From Eubacteriales bacterium (GTDB lineage Bacteria; Bacillota; Clostridia; Oscillospirales; CAG-272): DNA of 64,000 nt. Below are positions 18,892-27,190 of this stretch, in pieces (the stretch's first letter is position 1; the number at the start of each line of letters is the position of its first letter). Location of the stretch: NCBI GenBank assembly GCA_045533775.1, contig JAZSIK010000024.1, forward strand, positions 5,510 to 69,509, in the 5' to 3' direction. The notes beneath the pieces are model-generated. The model was not told the DNA's origin, did no database searches, and saw only the letters and a program-made list of their open reading frames with translations. Made by a program: the position numbers and the translations under genes.

Positions 18892-21141
18892 GTGGACTGT
18901 ATGTATTGTGAAGTATATCTTTTTGATGCTCCATACCATATAGACCGCCCCTTTGACTATTTATGCGCAGATGACATTCGCCCGGGCGATATAGTTCGCG
19001 TTCCCTTCGGCAGATCAAACAATCTGCGCTATGCCGTTGTCACTAAGGTGAAGGACAGCTGTGACGCTGAGGGAATAAAGGAGGTGCGCTCCTGCATTGA
19101 CACCCGCTTCTCGCTTAGCGAGGAGATGCTCGGGCTCTGTCTGTTTATGAAGGGACACACGCTCTGCAGCTTCGGTGAGGCGGCGCATTGCCTTATTCCG
19201 CCATCGGTTTTGTCCGAGGCTCCGAATGTAAAGGTGAAAAAGACCTGTGTGCTCGCTCTTTCTCCCGAGGAGGCAGACGGTCTGCTCGTTGCAAAGGGCA
19301 GAGCGGGCATTCGCAGCGAGGGACAGCGCATTATAATTAAGTATCTCAGGGATATCGGCAGTGCTGACATTGAGCTTATCAGAGCAATGCCCGGTGTGTC
19401 CTATTCAAATATTTCCGCCTTGGCGGACAAGGGCATAATCAAGATCGTTCAATCCGAGGCTTTGCGTAACCCCTACGCTGAATATGCCAGGATAAGAGAT
19501 AACTCGGCAATAGAGCTCAGCGAAGCACAGCAGGTAGCCTATAACAGCATTGAGGTAGATCTTCTTGCGGACGAAGCCCGCGCGGCGCTTCTCTTTGGCG
19601 TTACCGGCAGCGGTAAGACCAAGGTTATTATGAAGGCCATTGATAAGACGCTGGCTGAGGGCAGACGGGTCATAATGCTGGTGCCCGAGATCGCCCTTAC
19701 TCCTCAGACAGTAAACATTTTTTGCCGTCGTTACGGCGAGAGGGTCGCGGTTATTCATTCCTCGCTTTCCCAGGGCGAGCGATTTGACGCTTGGCGCAGA
19801 ATCAAGCGCGGCGAGGTTGACCTTGTTATCGGTACTCGCTCGGCAATCTTTGCTCCGCTTGACAACATCGGTATGATAGTCATTGATGAGGAGCACGAGC
19901 ATACCTATAAGTCTGAGTCCGATCCCAAGTATCACGCCCGAGATATAGCCGCCTACCGTTGCGGCAAGAACAGGGCACTTATGCTGTTGGCGTCTGCAAC
20001 TCCTTCGCTGGAGAGCTTCTATAAGGCAAAGAGCGGTGTATATACATTAGTTCCTCTGCGCGAGAGATACGGCGGTGTAAAGCTGCCCGATGCCATAATT
20101 GTAGATATGCGCGAGGAGCTGCGGCTGGGAAATACCTCACCCATAAGTGACAGACTGCACAAGTCACTGTGCTCGGTGTATGAAAATGATAAGCAGGCAA
20201 TCCTGTTCTTGAACCGTCGCGGATATTCCACGCAGATAAGCTGTAAGGAGTGCGGCGAGGTGCTCAGTTGTCCTCGCTGCTCGGTTTCATTGACCTATCA
20301 CAACGGTCCTGAGGGAGGCAAGCTCCTGTGTCATATGTGCGGATATACCGACCGAGTGCCGAAGAAATGTCCTGCCTGCTCGGCAGACAAGCTTTCCTTC
20401 CTCGGTTACGGTACGCAGAAGCTGGAGGCTGAGCTTAATAAATATCTGCCCGATATGTCGGTGCTTCGTATGGATGCCGACACCACAGGCGGCAAAATGT
20501 CCTATGACAGAATGCTTGATGATTTCCGAGAGGGAAGAGGTGATATACTTCTCGGCACCCAGATGGTTGCAAAGGGACACGATTTTCCAAGGGTAACTCT
20601 TGTGGGTGTTGCCTTGGCAGATACATCTCTTTATGTCAGCGATTTTCGCGCGGCAGAGAAGACATTTTCGCTGCTCACCCAAGTAATTGGCAGAGCAGGC
20701 AGAGCGGCTGACGGAGGTATTGCCATAATCCAGACCTTCGCACCGAAAAACGAGGTTATCAGGTTAGCCTGTCTTCAGGATTATGAAAGATTTTATGAGG
20801 GCGAGATCGCGCTGAGACGCGAGCTGTTGTATCCGCCCTTCTGTGATATAGTAAATCTCACACTGACCTCATCCGATGAGGCAGAGCTTATCCGTGAGTC
20901 AAAGAGGCTCTCTGACTCCATTCTCAAGAAGCTTGAGGGTGAGCTGGGTAAATTGCCCTTTGTCGTATTCGGACCCTTTGAGGCGCAGGTGTACAAAATA
21001 AATGATAAATATAGAATGAGAATGGTCATAAAGTGCCGACTGAACAAGCAGTCGCGCTCTCTGTTCCACCAGCTGCTCTGCGAGTTTTCGGACTCGCGCA
21101 AGGTGACTCTGGCGGTGGATATGAACCCTATGACCCTTTGA
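18892..21141 (+). CDS. priA: Primosomal protein N-prime (replication restart helicase PriA)
   Basis: Walker [13 protein letters not shown] box, Cys-rich zinc module CKECGEVLSCPRCSVSLTYH...CHMCGY...CPAC. GTG start at 18892; ATG 18901 is an alternative. Confidence 0.95.
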   Translation: MDCMYCEVYLFDAPYHIDRPFDYLCADDIRPGDIVRVPFGRSNNLRYAVVTKVKDSCDAEGIKEVRSCIDTRFSLSEEMLGLCLFMKGHTLCSFGEAAHCLIPPSVLSEAPNVKVKKTCVLALSPEEADGLLVAKGRAGIRSEGQRIIIKYLRDIGSADIELIRAMPGVSYSNISALADKGIIKIVQSEALRNPYAEYARIRDNSAIELSEAQQVAYNSIEVDLLADEARAALLFGVTGSGKTKVIMKAIDKTLAEGRRVIMLVPEIALTPQTVNIFCRRYGERVAVIHSSLSQGERFDAWRRIKRGEVDLVIGTRSAIFAPLDNIGMIVIDEEHEHTYKSESDPKYHARDIAAYRCGKNRALMLLASATPSLESFYKAKSGVYTLVPLRERYGGVKLPDAIIVDMREELRLGNTSPISDRLHKSLCSVYENDKQAILFLNRRGYSTQISCKECGEVLSCPRCSVSLTYHNGPEGGKLLCHMCGYTDRVPKKCPACSADKLSFLGYGTQKLEAELNKYLPDMSVLRMDADTTGGKMSYDRMLDDFREGRGDILLGTQMVAKGHDFPRVTLVGVALADTSLYVSDFRAAEKTFSLLTQVIGRAGRAADGGIAIIQTFAPKNEVIRLACLQDYERFYEGEIALRRELLYPPFCDIVNLTLTSSDEAELIRESKRLSDSILKKLEGELGKLPFVVFGPFEAQVYKINDKYRMRMVIKCRLNKQSRSLFHQLLCEFSDSRKVTLAVDMNPMTL

Positions 21142-21157
21142 TTTGGGAGGAATAAAA

Positions 21158-21625
21158 ATGGCAAAATTAAAGATAGTTAAGTTCGGTGATCCTATGCTCC
21201 GTAAGGTATCCAGACCTGTTGATCAGATCACCCCCAGAATACTGACTCTCCTTGACGATATGGTAGATACTATGCGTGAGGCAGGCGGCTGTGGCCTTGC
21301 GGCAGTACAGGTTGGCGTGCTTCGCCGTATAGCTGTTATTGAGGTTGAGGAGGGCAATGTAATTGAGCTTATCAACCCCAAGATCATCGCCTTTGCAGGT
21401 GAGCAGAACGAGCAGGAGGGCTGTCTCTCCAACCCCGGTGAATACGGCATTACCAAGCGTCCCAAGGCGGTTACCGTAAGAGCTATGAACCGCCACGGTG
21501 AGGAGTTTGAGGTAAGTGGCAGCGATCTTCTTGCTCGCGCAATTTGCCACGAGTGCGATCACCTGGACGGCAAGCTTTATACAGATGTACAGATCAGAGC
21601 ATTGACTGATAAGGATTTTAACTGA
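21158..21625 (+). CDS. def: Peptide deformylase
   Basis: ORF track 21143..21625; ATG 21158 follows GGGAGG. Motifs GCGLAAVQVG, EGCLS, HECDHL. Confidence 0.95.
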   Translation: MAKLKIVKFGDPMLRKVSRPVDQITPRILTLLDDMVDTMREAGGCGLAAVQVGVLRRIAVIEVEEGNVIELINPKIIAFAGEQNEQEGCLSNPGEYGITKRPKAVTVRAMNRHGEEFEVSGSDLLARAICHECDHLDGKLYTDVQIRALTDKDFN

Positions 21626-22560
21626 TGAATAATATTATGTTTATGGGTACGCCCGAAATATCGGCTACCTGTCTTCGCCGTCTTATTGAGGACGGTCACG
21701 GTATCACCGCGGTAATTACGAGAGAGGATAAGCCTCGCGGTAGGGGAAATGTTATGACTCCCACGCCTGTAAAGCTGCTTGCGGAGGAGCACGGCATTCC
21801 CGTATATACTCCTGCTACTCTGCGCGATGAGGCGTTTGCAGATCTTTTGAAGCAGTACAATCCCGAGATTATTGTGGTCGTTGCCTATGGCAAGATTTTG
21901 CCGCTGAATGTAATTGAATATCCGAAGTACGGATGTGTCAATCTCCACGTATCTCTTTTGCCCAAGTATCGCGGTGCCGCTCCTATGCAGCGCGCTATTA
22001 TGGAGGGAGAGAGCGAGACCGGTGTGACCGTTATGTATATGGCAGAGGGGCTTGATACGGGTGATATTATTTCGGTTGAGCGTTTTCCTATTTTGCCTGA
22101 GGATGATTTTGAGGCTATTCACGACCGCTCCGCAGAGGTGGGCGGCAGACTTTTGTCCGAAACCATTGAAAAAATATACAATGGCACCGCAGACAGAATA
22201 AAGCAGGATGATTCGCTTGCCTGCTATGCTAAAAAGGTGGAGAAGGAGGATTGTAAGATTGATTTCTCCCTCCCCGCAGACAGACTTGACTGTATCATTC
22301 GCGGTGTAACTCCTATTCCCGGCGCATTCGCTTATCTTAACGGCAAGATGCTGAAGATAAATAAGGCTACTCCTGAAACGGGTAGCGGCAGAGCGGGTGA
22401 GGTAATAGACCTTAGCGATAAGGGAGACGGCTATATCACCGTTGCCTGTGGCGAGGGCGCGCTGAAGATCACTACTCTCATACCCGAGGGTAAGGGAAAA
22501 ATGAGCGCCGGTGCCTTTGTACGAGGCAGAAAGATCTCTCTTGGCGATATTCTTGAGTAA
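21625..22560 (+). CDS. fmt: Methionyl-tRNA formyltransferase
   Basis: 311 aa; NLHVSLLPKYRGAAP motif; def-fmt synteny. Confidence 0.95.
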   Translation: MNNIMFMGTPEISATCLRRLIEDGHGITAVITREDKPRGRGNVMTPTPVKLLAEEHGIPVYTPATLRDEAFADLLKQYNPEIIVVVAYGKILPLNVIEYPKYGCVNLHVSLLPKYRGAAPMQRAIMEGESETGVTVMYMAEGLDTGDIISVERFPILPEDDFEAIHDRSAEVGGRLLSETIEKIYNGTADRIKQDDSLACYAKKVEKEDCKIDFSLPADRLDCIIRGVTPIPGAFAYLNGKMLKINKATPETGSGRAGEVIDLSDKGDGYITVACGEGALKITTLIPEGKGKMSAGAFVRGRKISLGDILE

Positions 22561-22599
22561 TTAATAAGCTTTATCTGAACAACGGAGGGCAGAAATAAT

Positions 22600-23910
22600 A
22601 TGAATGTAAGACAAATTGCGCTTCGTCTGCTTGAAGAATACGAGGCAGGCGGCAAGTTTATCAATCTCGCGATTTCATCTCATATTACCGACGGCTTGTC
22701 AAAGGATGACAGGGCGGCTTTAACCGCGCTTTTATATACCACAGTAGAGCGCAAGCTTACCTATGATTATTATATCTGCGCTATCTCAGGAAGAGCCGAG
22801 AGCAGAATTGATCCTCATACCAAAAACATCCTTCGCCTCGGTCTCTGCCAGCTGATAGATATGCGCTCCATACCCGACTTTGCCGCGGTAAATGAGACTG
22901 TCAGCCTGGCAAAGAATCCCGGCGAACGCTCCTTTGTAAACGGTGTTCTCCGCGCCGCAGCAAGATGTAAGGACGAGCTTCCTATGCCCTCTGAGGAGAA
23001 GAATTACCGTCGCTATCTGTCGGTAAAGTATTCCTTCCCTCAGCCGACCGTAAAGCATTTTGATACCCTTTATGGCAGAGAGGCTACCGAGCGGATGCTC
23101 TCCTTCTTTAATAATGAAAAATATACAGACCTTACGGTTAATACTACGAAAATATCGGTTAGCGATTATGAGAGGCTTCTTCTGAATAGCGGATATGAGG
23201 TAGAGAAAAACACTCTTGCGCCTCTTTCTCTGCGCATCAGAGCATCTGTAAACCCCGAGAGACTTCCCGGCTTTGCTGACGGTTATTTCTTCGTGCAGGA
23301 TAGGGCATCGGCCATTTGCTCTGCTGTGCTTTCACCCCGCGAGGGAGATGTGATAATTGATACCTGTGCCGCCCCGGGTGGCAAGAGCTTTGGCGCGGCG
23401 ATCCTTTGCTCGGATAAATGTGAGATACACGCCTTTGATCTTCACGAGAGCAAGCTTTCTCTTATCACCTCGGGTGCCGAGCGCCTCGGACTTTCTTCAA
23501 TCAGGGCGCTGGGCAGGAATGCCATTGACCCGGACAGAAAGCTTGTGGGGTGTGCAGACAGAGTAATTTGTGATGCTCCTTGCTCGGGACTTGGTGTCCT
23601 TGGCAAAAAGGCGGATCTGAGGTATAAGGATTTTACACAGACAGATTCTCTTCCCGCCGTTCAGCTTGATATTCTTGTAGCTTCGGCAAAATATCTTAAG
23701 GAGGACGGAGAGCTTGTGTATTCCACCTGTACTCTGAATCCTCGGGAAAACGAGGATGTAGTACGCACATTCCTTAAGGAATATCCCGATTATGAGGCTG
23801 TGTCCTTTACTGTTGGAGATGTTGAGTGTGCTGACGGAATGCTTACATTGCTCCCGCACATACATAACACAGACGGCTTCTTTATGGCAAAAATAAGAAG
23901 GAAAATATAA
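22600..23910 (+). CDS. rsmB: 16S rRNA (cytosine967-C5)-methyltransferase
   Basis: NusB-like N-terminal domain, SAM motif DTCAAPGGK, catalytic DAPCSG and STCT. Confidence 0.9.
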   Translation: MNVRQIALRLLEEYEAGGKFINLAISSHITDGLSKDDRAALTALLYTTVERKLTYDYYICAISGRAESRIDPHTKNILRLGLCQLIDMRSIPDFAAVNETVSLAKNPGERSFVNGVLRAAARCKDELPMPSEEKNYRRYLSVKYSFPQPTVKHFDTLYGREATERMLSFFNNEKYTDLTVNTTKISVSDYERLLLNSGYEVEKNTLAPLSLRIRASVNPERLPGFADGYFFVQDRASAICSAVLSPREGDVIIDTCAAPGGKSFGAAILCSDKCEIHAFDLHESKLSLITSGAERLGLSSIRALGRNAIDPDRKLVGCADRVICDAPCSGLGVLGKKADLRYKDFTQTDSLPAVQLDILVASAKYLKEDGELVYSTCTLNPRENEDVVRTFLKEYPDYEAVSFTVGDVECADGMLTLLPHIHNTDGFFMAKIRRKI

Positions 23911-23912
23911 AA

Positions 23913-24977
23913 ATGACAACAAAAGTTGACTTATTATCGCTTTTGCCAAGCGAACTTGAGGATTTTTTTATTTCTATCGGTGAGCCAAAGTTCCGCGCAA
24001 AGCAGACCTTTACCAGACTTCACCGCGGTGAGCGGATCGGCGAGATAACCAATCTGTCAAAGGCCCTTAGAGAGCGGCTGACAGAGGAAACGCTTGACAC
24101 TCTGCCCACCGTAGAGGAAAAGCTGGTCTCCAAAATAGACGGTACTGTAAAATATCTCTTCCGTCTTTATGACGGCGCTTGTATTGAGAGCGTTTTTATG
24201 AAATATAAGCACGGCAATACTCTTTGTATTTCCAGCCAGGTCGGTTGCCGTATGGGCTGCAGATTCTGTGCCTCCACTATTGGAGGTAGGGTGCGCGACC
24301 TTTTGCCCTCCGAGCTTGTCGGTCAGGTCATAGCCGCCGAGCGAGATAGCGGAGAGCGTATATCAAATATTGTTATGATGGGCATCGGCGAGCCTCTTGA
24401 TAACTATGACAACGTCATTAAGTTCTTAAAGCTTGTTAATCACCCTGACGGACTGAATATCGGTTACCGCCACATTTCGCTTTCAACCTGCGGAGTTGTC
24501 AGCGGAATTGAAAGGCTGGCGGAGGAGAATCTGCCTATAACTCTCTCAATATCACTTCACGCGGCAAACGATACCCGCCGATCAGAGATAATGCCTATAA
24601 ACAATAAGTGGGGAGTAGATGCGCTCCTTTCCGCCTGCCTTTCCTACTATAACAAAACAGGCAGACGTATTTCCTTTGAATATACGCTTATTTCCGGCAA
24701 AAACGATAGCGAGGCAGACGCCACCGAGCTTGCTGACGTGCTGAATAGGGTATTTCGCCCCGCGGGTGTCCCCGTTCACGTCAACCTTATCAGAGTAAAC
24801 GAGGTTAAGGAAACGGGCTTCAAGAAGGGCACGCCCGAATCGGTTAACGCTTTTGCTAAAACTCTGGAAAAACGCGGAATTGTTGCTACCGTAAGGCGAA
24901 AGCTTGGTAGTGATGTAAATGCTGCCTGCGGTCAGCTTCGCCGTTCTAATCTTAATAAAAAGGAAGAAGAAACATAA
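23913..24977 (+). CDS. rlmN: 23S rRNA (adenine2503-C2)-methyltransferase, radical SAM
   Basis: CRMGCRFCAS radical-SAM cluster, GMGEPL-like motif (MMGIGEPLDN), C-terminal CGQL. Confidence 0.95.
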   Translation: MTTKVDLLSLLPSELEDFFISIGEPKFRAKQTFTRLHRGERIGEITNLSKALRERLTEETLDTLPTVEEKLVSKIDGTVKYLFRLYDGACIESVFMKYKHGNTLCISSQVGCRMGCRFCASTIGGRVRDLLPSELVGQVIAAERDSGERISNIVMMGIGEPLDNYDNVIKFLKLVNHPDGLNIGYRHISLSTCGVVSGIERLAEENLPITLSISLHAANDTRRSEIMPINNKWGVDALLSACLSYYNKTGRRISFEYTLISGKNDSEADATELADVLNRVFRPAGVPVHVNLIRVNEVKETGFKKGTPESVNAFAKTLEKRGIVATVRRKLGSDVNAACGQLRRSNLNKKEEET

Positions 24978-24978
24978 C

Positions 24979-25917
24979 TTGATTACAGAAAAATACGGTA
25001 AGGTTGTAAAGGGCCTTGGTGGACTTTATGAGGTGAGAATTGATGAGGGCGACTCGGTCAGTCGCCTTGCCTGTCGCGCCAAGGGCGTGTTAAAGAGAGA
25101 TGAAACAAAGGTGCTCATCGGCGATAATGTAACCGTCAGCATTGATGATTCTACCCCCGACGGCATCGTTATCTCCTCTATCGCACCGAGAAAAAACTCG
25201 CTTATCCGTCCCCCTCTTGCAAACCTTGATTATCTTTTTATTGTTTTTGCCGCGGCAAAGCCCTCACCGGTTATTGAAACGGTGGATAAGCTTATTGCCA
25301 TAGCGATACATAATTCAATCAATCCTGTTGTGGTGATCACAAAGTCAGATCTTCAGTCGGAGGCAGCCGAGGAATACGCGGCAATATATCGCCTTGTTGG
25401 TATCCCCACCTTTATCACCTCATCCGAGGCGGGTGAAGGAATAGATGCTCTTGCGGACTACATTAAGCAGAATGTAACAGAGGGCAGGACCTCTGCCTTT
25501 GCAGGTGCATCGGGAGTAGGCAAATCCACACTGATGAACGCCCTTTTCCCCGGTCTGACTCTTGCTACCGCTGAGATCTCCCGCAAGATTGAGCGCGGCA
25601 GACATACCACGCGTCATGTGGAGATCTTTGACATTGAAGGTAAGGCTGACACAGGATTTCTTGCTGACACACCCGGCTTTTCGCTGATAGATTTTGCTCG
25701 CTTTGACTTCTTTGGTCTTGACGAGCTGCTTCCTACCTTCCCGGAGCTTCTCCCGTATATCGGCCTCTGCCGTTATGCAGATTGTGCTCATGTTGGCGAG
25801 GGAGAGGATGAGTGCGCGGTGGCAAAGGCCTGTGCAAATGGTGAAATTGCTCCCACGCGCCTTGAGTCCTATCGCGCGATATACAGGGTTCTGAAGGAGA
25901 AAAACTCCTATAAGTAA
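24979..25917 (+). CDS. rsgA: Ribosome small-subunit-dependent GTPase A
   Basis: ORF track 24919..25917 overlaps rlmN. TTG 24979, right after the rlmN stop, gives MITEKYGKVVKGLGGLYEV. Circularly permuted GTPase (TKSD, GASGVGKST) and zinc knuckle CRYADCAH. Confidence 0.9.
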   Translation: MITEKYGKVVKGLGGLYEVRIDEGDSVSRLACRAKGVLKRDETKVLIGDNVTVSIDDSTPDGIVISSIAPRKNSLIRPPLANLDYLFIVFAAAKPSPVIETVDKLIAIAIHNSINPVVVITKSDLQSEAAEEYAAIYRLVGIPTFITSSEAGEGIDALADYIKQNVTEGRTSAFAGASGVGKSTLMNALFPGLTLATAEISRKIERGRHTTRHVEIFDIEGKADTGFLADTPGFSLIDFARFDFFGLDELLPTFPELLPYIGLCRYADCAHVGEGEDECAVAKACANGEIAPTRLESYRAIYRVLKEKNSYK

Positions 25918-25944
25918 AACGCATCTTGTCCATAGATGCGTTTT
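25917..25944 (+). terminator. Rho-independent terminator
   Basis: AAACGCATCT / AGATGCGTTT perfect stem followed by a T-tract. Confidence 0.8.
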
Positions 25945-25976
25945 ACAAAAAAACTTAAAAACTTTTATAAAACCTA

Positions 25977-26005
25977 TTGACAAACAGATAAATATATAGT
26001 ATAAT
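25977..26005 (+). promoter_or_regulatory. Promoter of rplJL
   Basis: TTGACA (25977-25982), 17-nt spacer, TATAAT (26000-26005). Confidence 0.65.
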
Positions 26006-26009
26006 AACT

Positions 26010-26150
26010 AAGTCCGAAGACAGCAGGTTCCGGTAAAAGCAAAAGCTTTCCTGCCGAGGTAAGTAAACTTTAATATCTTGTATTAAGTTGTCCTTTTCTC
26101 GGGGGTGGTCTGCGCCTTATCGGAAAAGGATATTTTTTATTGATTTTTTA
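26010..26150 (+). promoter_or_regulatory. Ribosomal protein L10 leader (autoregulatory 5-prime UTR)
   Basis: About 150-nt structured-looking UTR ending in a hairpin (CTTTTCTCGGGGGTGG...CGGAAAAGG) plus TTTTTT immediately upstream of rplJ. Position matches the known Firmicute L10 leader; not verified by covariance search. Confidence 0.5.
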
Positions 26151-26163
26151 TGGAGGTGAAACA

Positions 26164-26712
26164 ATGCCAAGTAATAAGATTCTTGAAGAGAAGAAGCAAG
26201 TTGTTGAAGCACTTGCCGCTAAGCTCCAGTCCGCTGCAGCAGGCGTTCTCGTGAAGTATGAAGGCATTACAGTGGCTGATGATACCGCTCTTCGTGCGGC
26301 TCTTCGTAAGGCTGGTGTAGAATACACCGTTATGAAGAACACTCTCACCGGTCGTGCTTGCGACATCGCAGGTTACGGTGAAATGAAGCAGCACCTTAAC
26401 GGTATGACCGCTATCGCAATCAGCCAGGACGACCCCATCGCTCCCGCTAAGATCATGAAGCAGTATGCTGATAAGATCAGCACCTTTGAGATCAAGGCTG
26501 GTTTCGTTGACGGTGGCATTCTTGATCAGGCAGGCGTTATTGAGCTCGCTGAGACTCCCTCTAAGGAAGTTCTCATTGGCCGTATGATGGGCAGCCTTCA
26601 GTCGTCCCTTTACAGCTTTGCATACGTACTTCAGGCAATTATTGACAAAGATGGCGAGGCAGCTCCCGCTGAGGATGCAGCTCCCGCTGAAGAGGCTCCC
26701 GCAGAGGCTTAA
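26164..26712 (+). CDS. rplJ: 50S ribosomal protein L10
   Basis: ORF track 26140..26712; ATG 26164 follows GGAGGTG. Typical L10 sequence with an extra Ala/Pro/Glu C-terminal tail. Confidence 0.95.
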   Translation: MPSNKILEEKKQVVEALAAKLQSAAAGVLVKYEGITVADDTALRAALRKAGVEYTVMKNTLTGRACDIAGYGEMKQHLNGMTAIAISQDDPIAPAKIMKQYADKISTFEIKAGFVDGGILDQAGVIELAETPSKEVLIGRMMGSLQSSLYSFAYVLQAIIDKDGEAAPAEDAAPAEEAPAEA

Positions 26713-26766
26713 TTCCTGCGGAAATTAACACAGTTAAACATTTCTTAAATAACGGAGGATTTTAAA

Positions 26767-27138
26767 ATGAACGAAAAGTCTACTCAGATCCTTGAAATCG
26801 TAAAGGGTCTTACCATTCTTGAACTCGCTGACCTTGTAAAGGCACTTGAGGAGGAGTTCGGCGTATCCGCAGCTCCCGTAGCAGTAGCAGCAGCTCCCGG
26901 CGCAGCAGCAGCTCCCGTTGAGGAGAAGACCGAGTTTGACGTTGTACTTAAGGCAGCAGGCGCTTCCAAGCTCAACGTTATCAAGGTTGTTCGTGAGCTT
27001 ACCGGTCTTGGCCTTAAGGACGCTAAGGATCTCGTTGAGGCAGCTCCTAAGACCATTAAGGAAGGCATCGCTAAGGACGAGGCAGAGAAGATCGCTGAGC
27101 AGCTTAAGGCAGCAGGCGCAGAGGTTGAGGTTAAGTAA
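26767..27138 (+). CDS. rplL: 50S ribosomal protein L7/L12
   Basis: 123 aa; Ala-rich hinge and [20 protein letters not shown]-terminal domain. Confidence 0.97.
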   Translation: MNEKSTQILEIVKGLTILELADLVKALEEEFGVSAAPVAVAAAPGAAAAPVEEKTEFDVVLKAAGASKLNVIKVVRELTGLGLKDAKDLVEAAPKTIKEGIAKDEAEKIAEQLKAAGAEVEVK

Positions 27139-27157
27139 TTTCATCTTCATAGAAAAA

Positions 27158-27190
27158 ATAGGTGACCACCTGCTGGTCGCCTATTTTTTT
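27158..27190 (+). terminator. rplL terminator
   Basis: ATAGGTGACCA-CCTGC-TGGTCGCCTAT hairpin followed by TTTTTTT. Confidence 0.85.
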
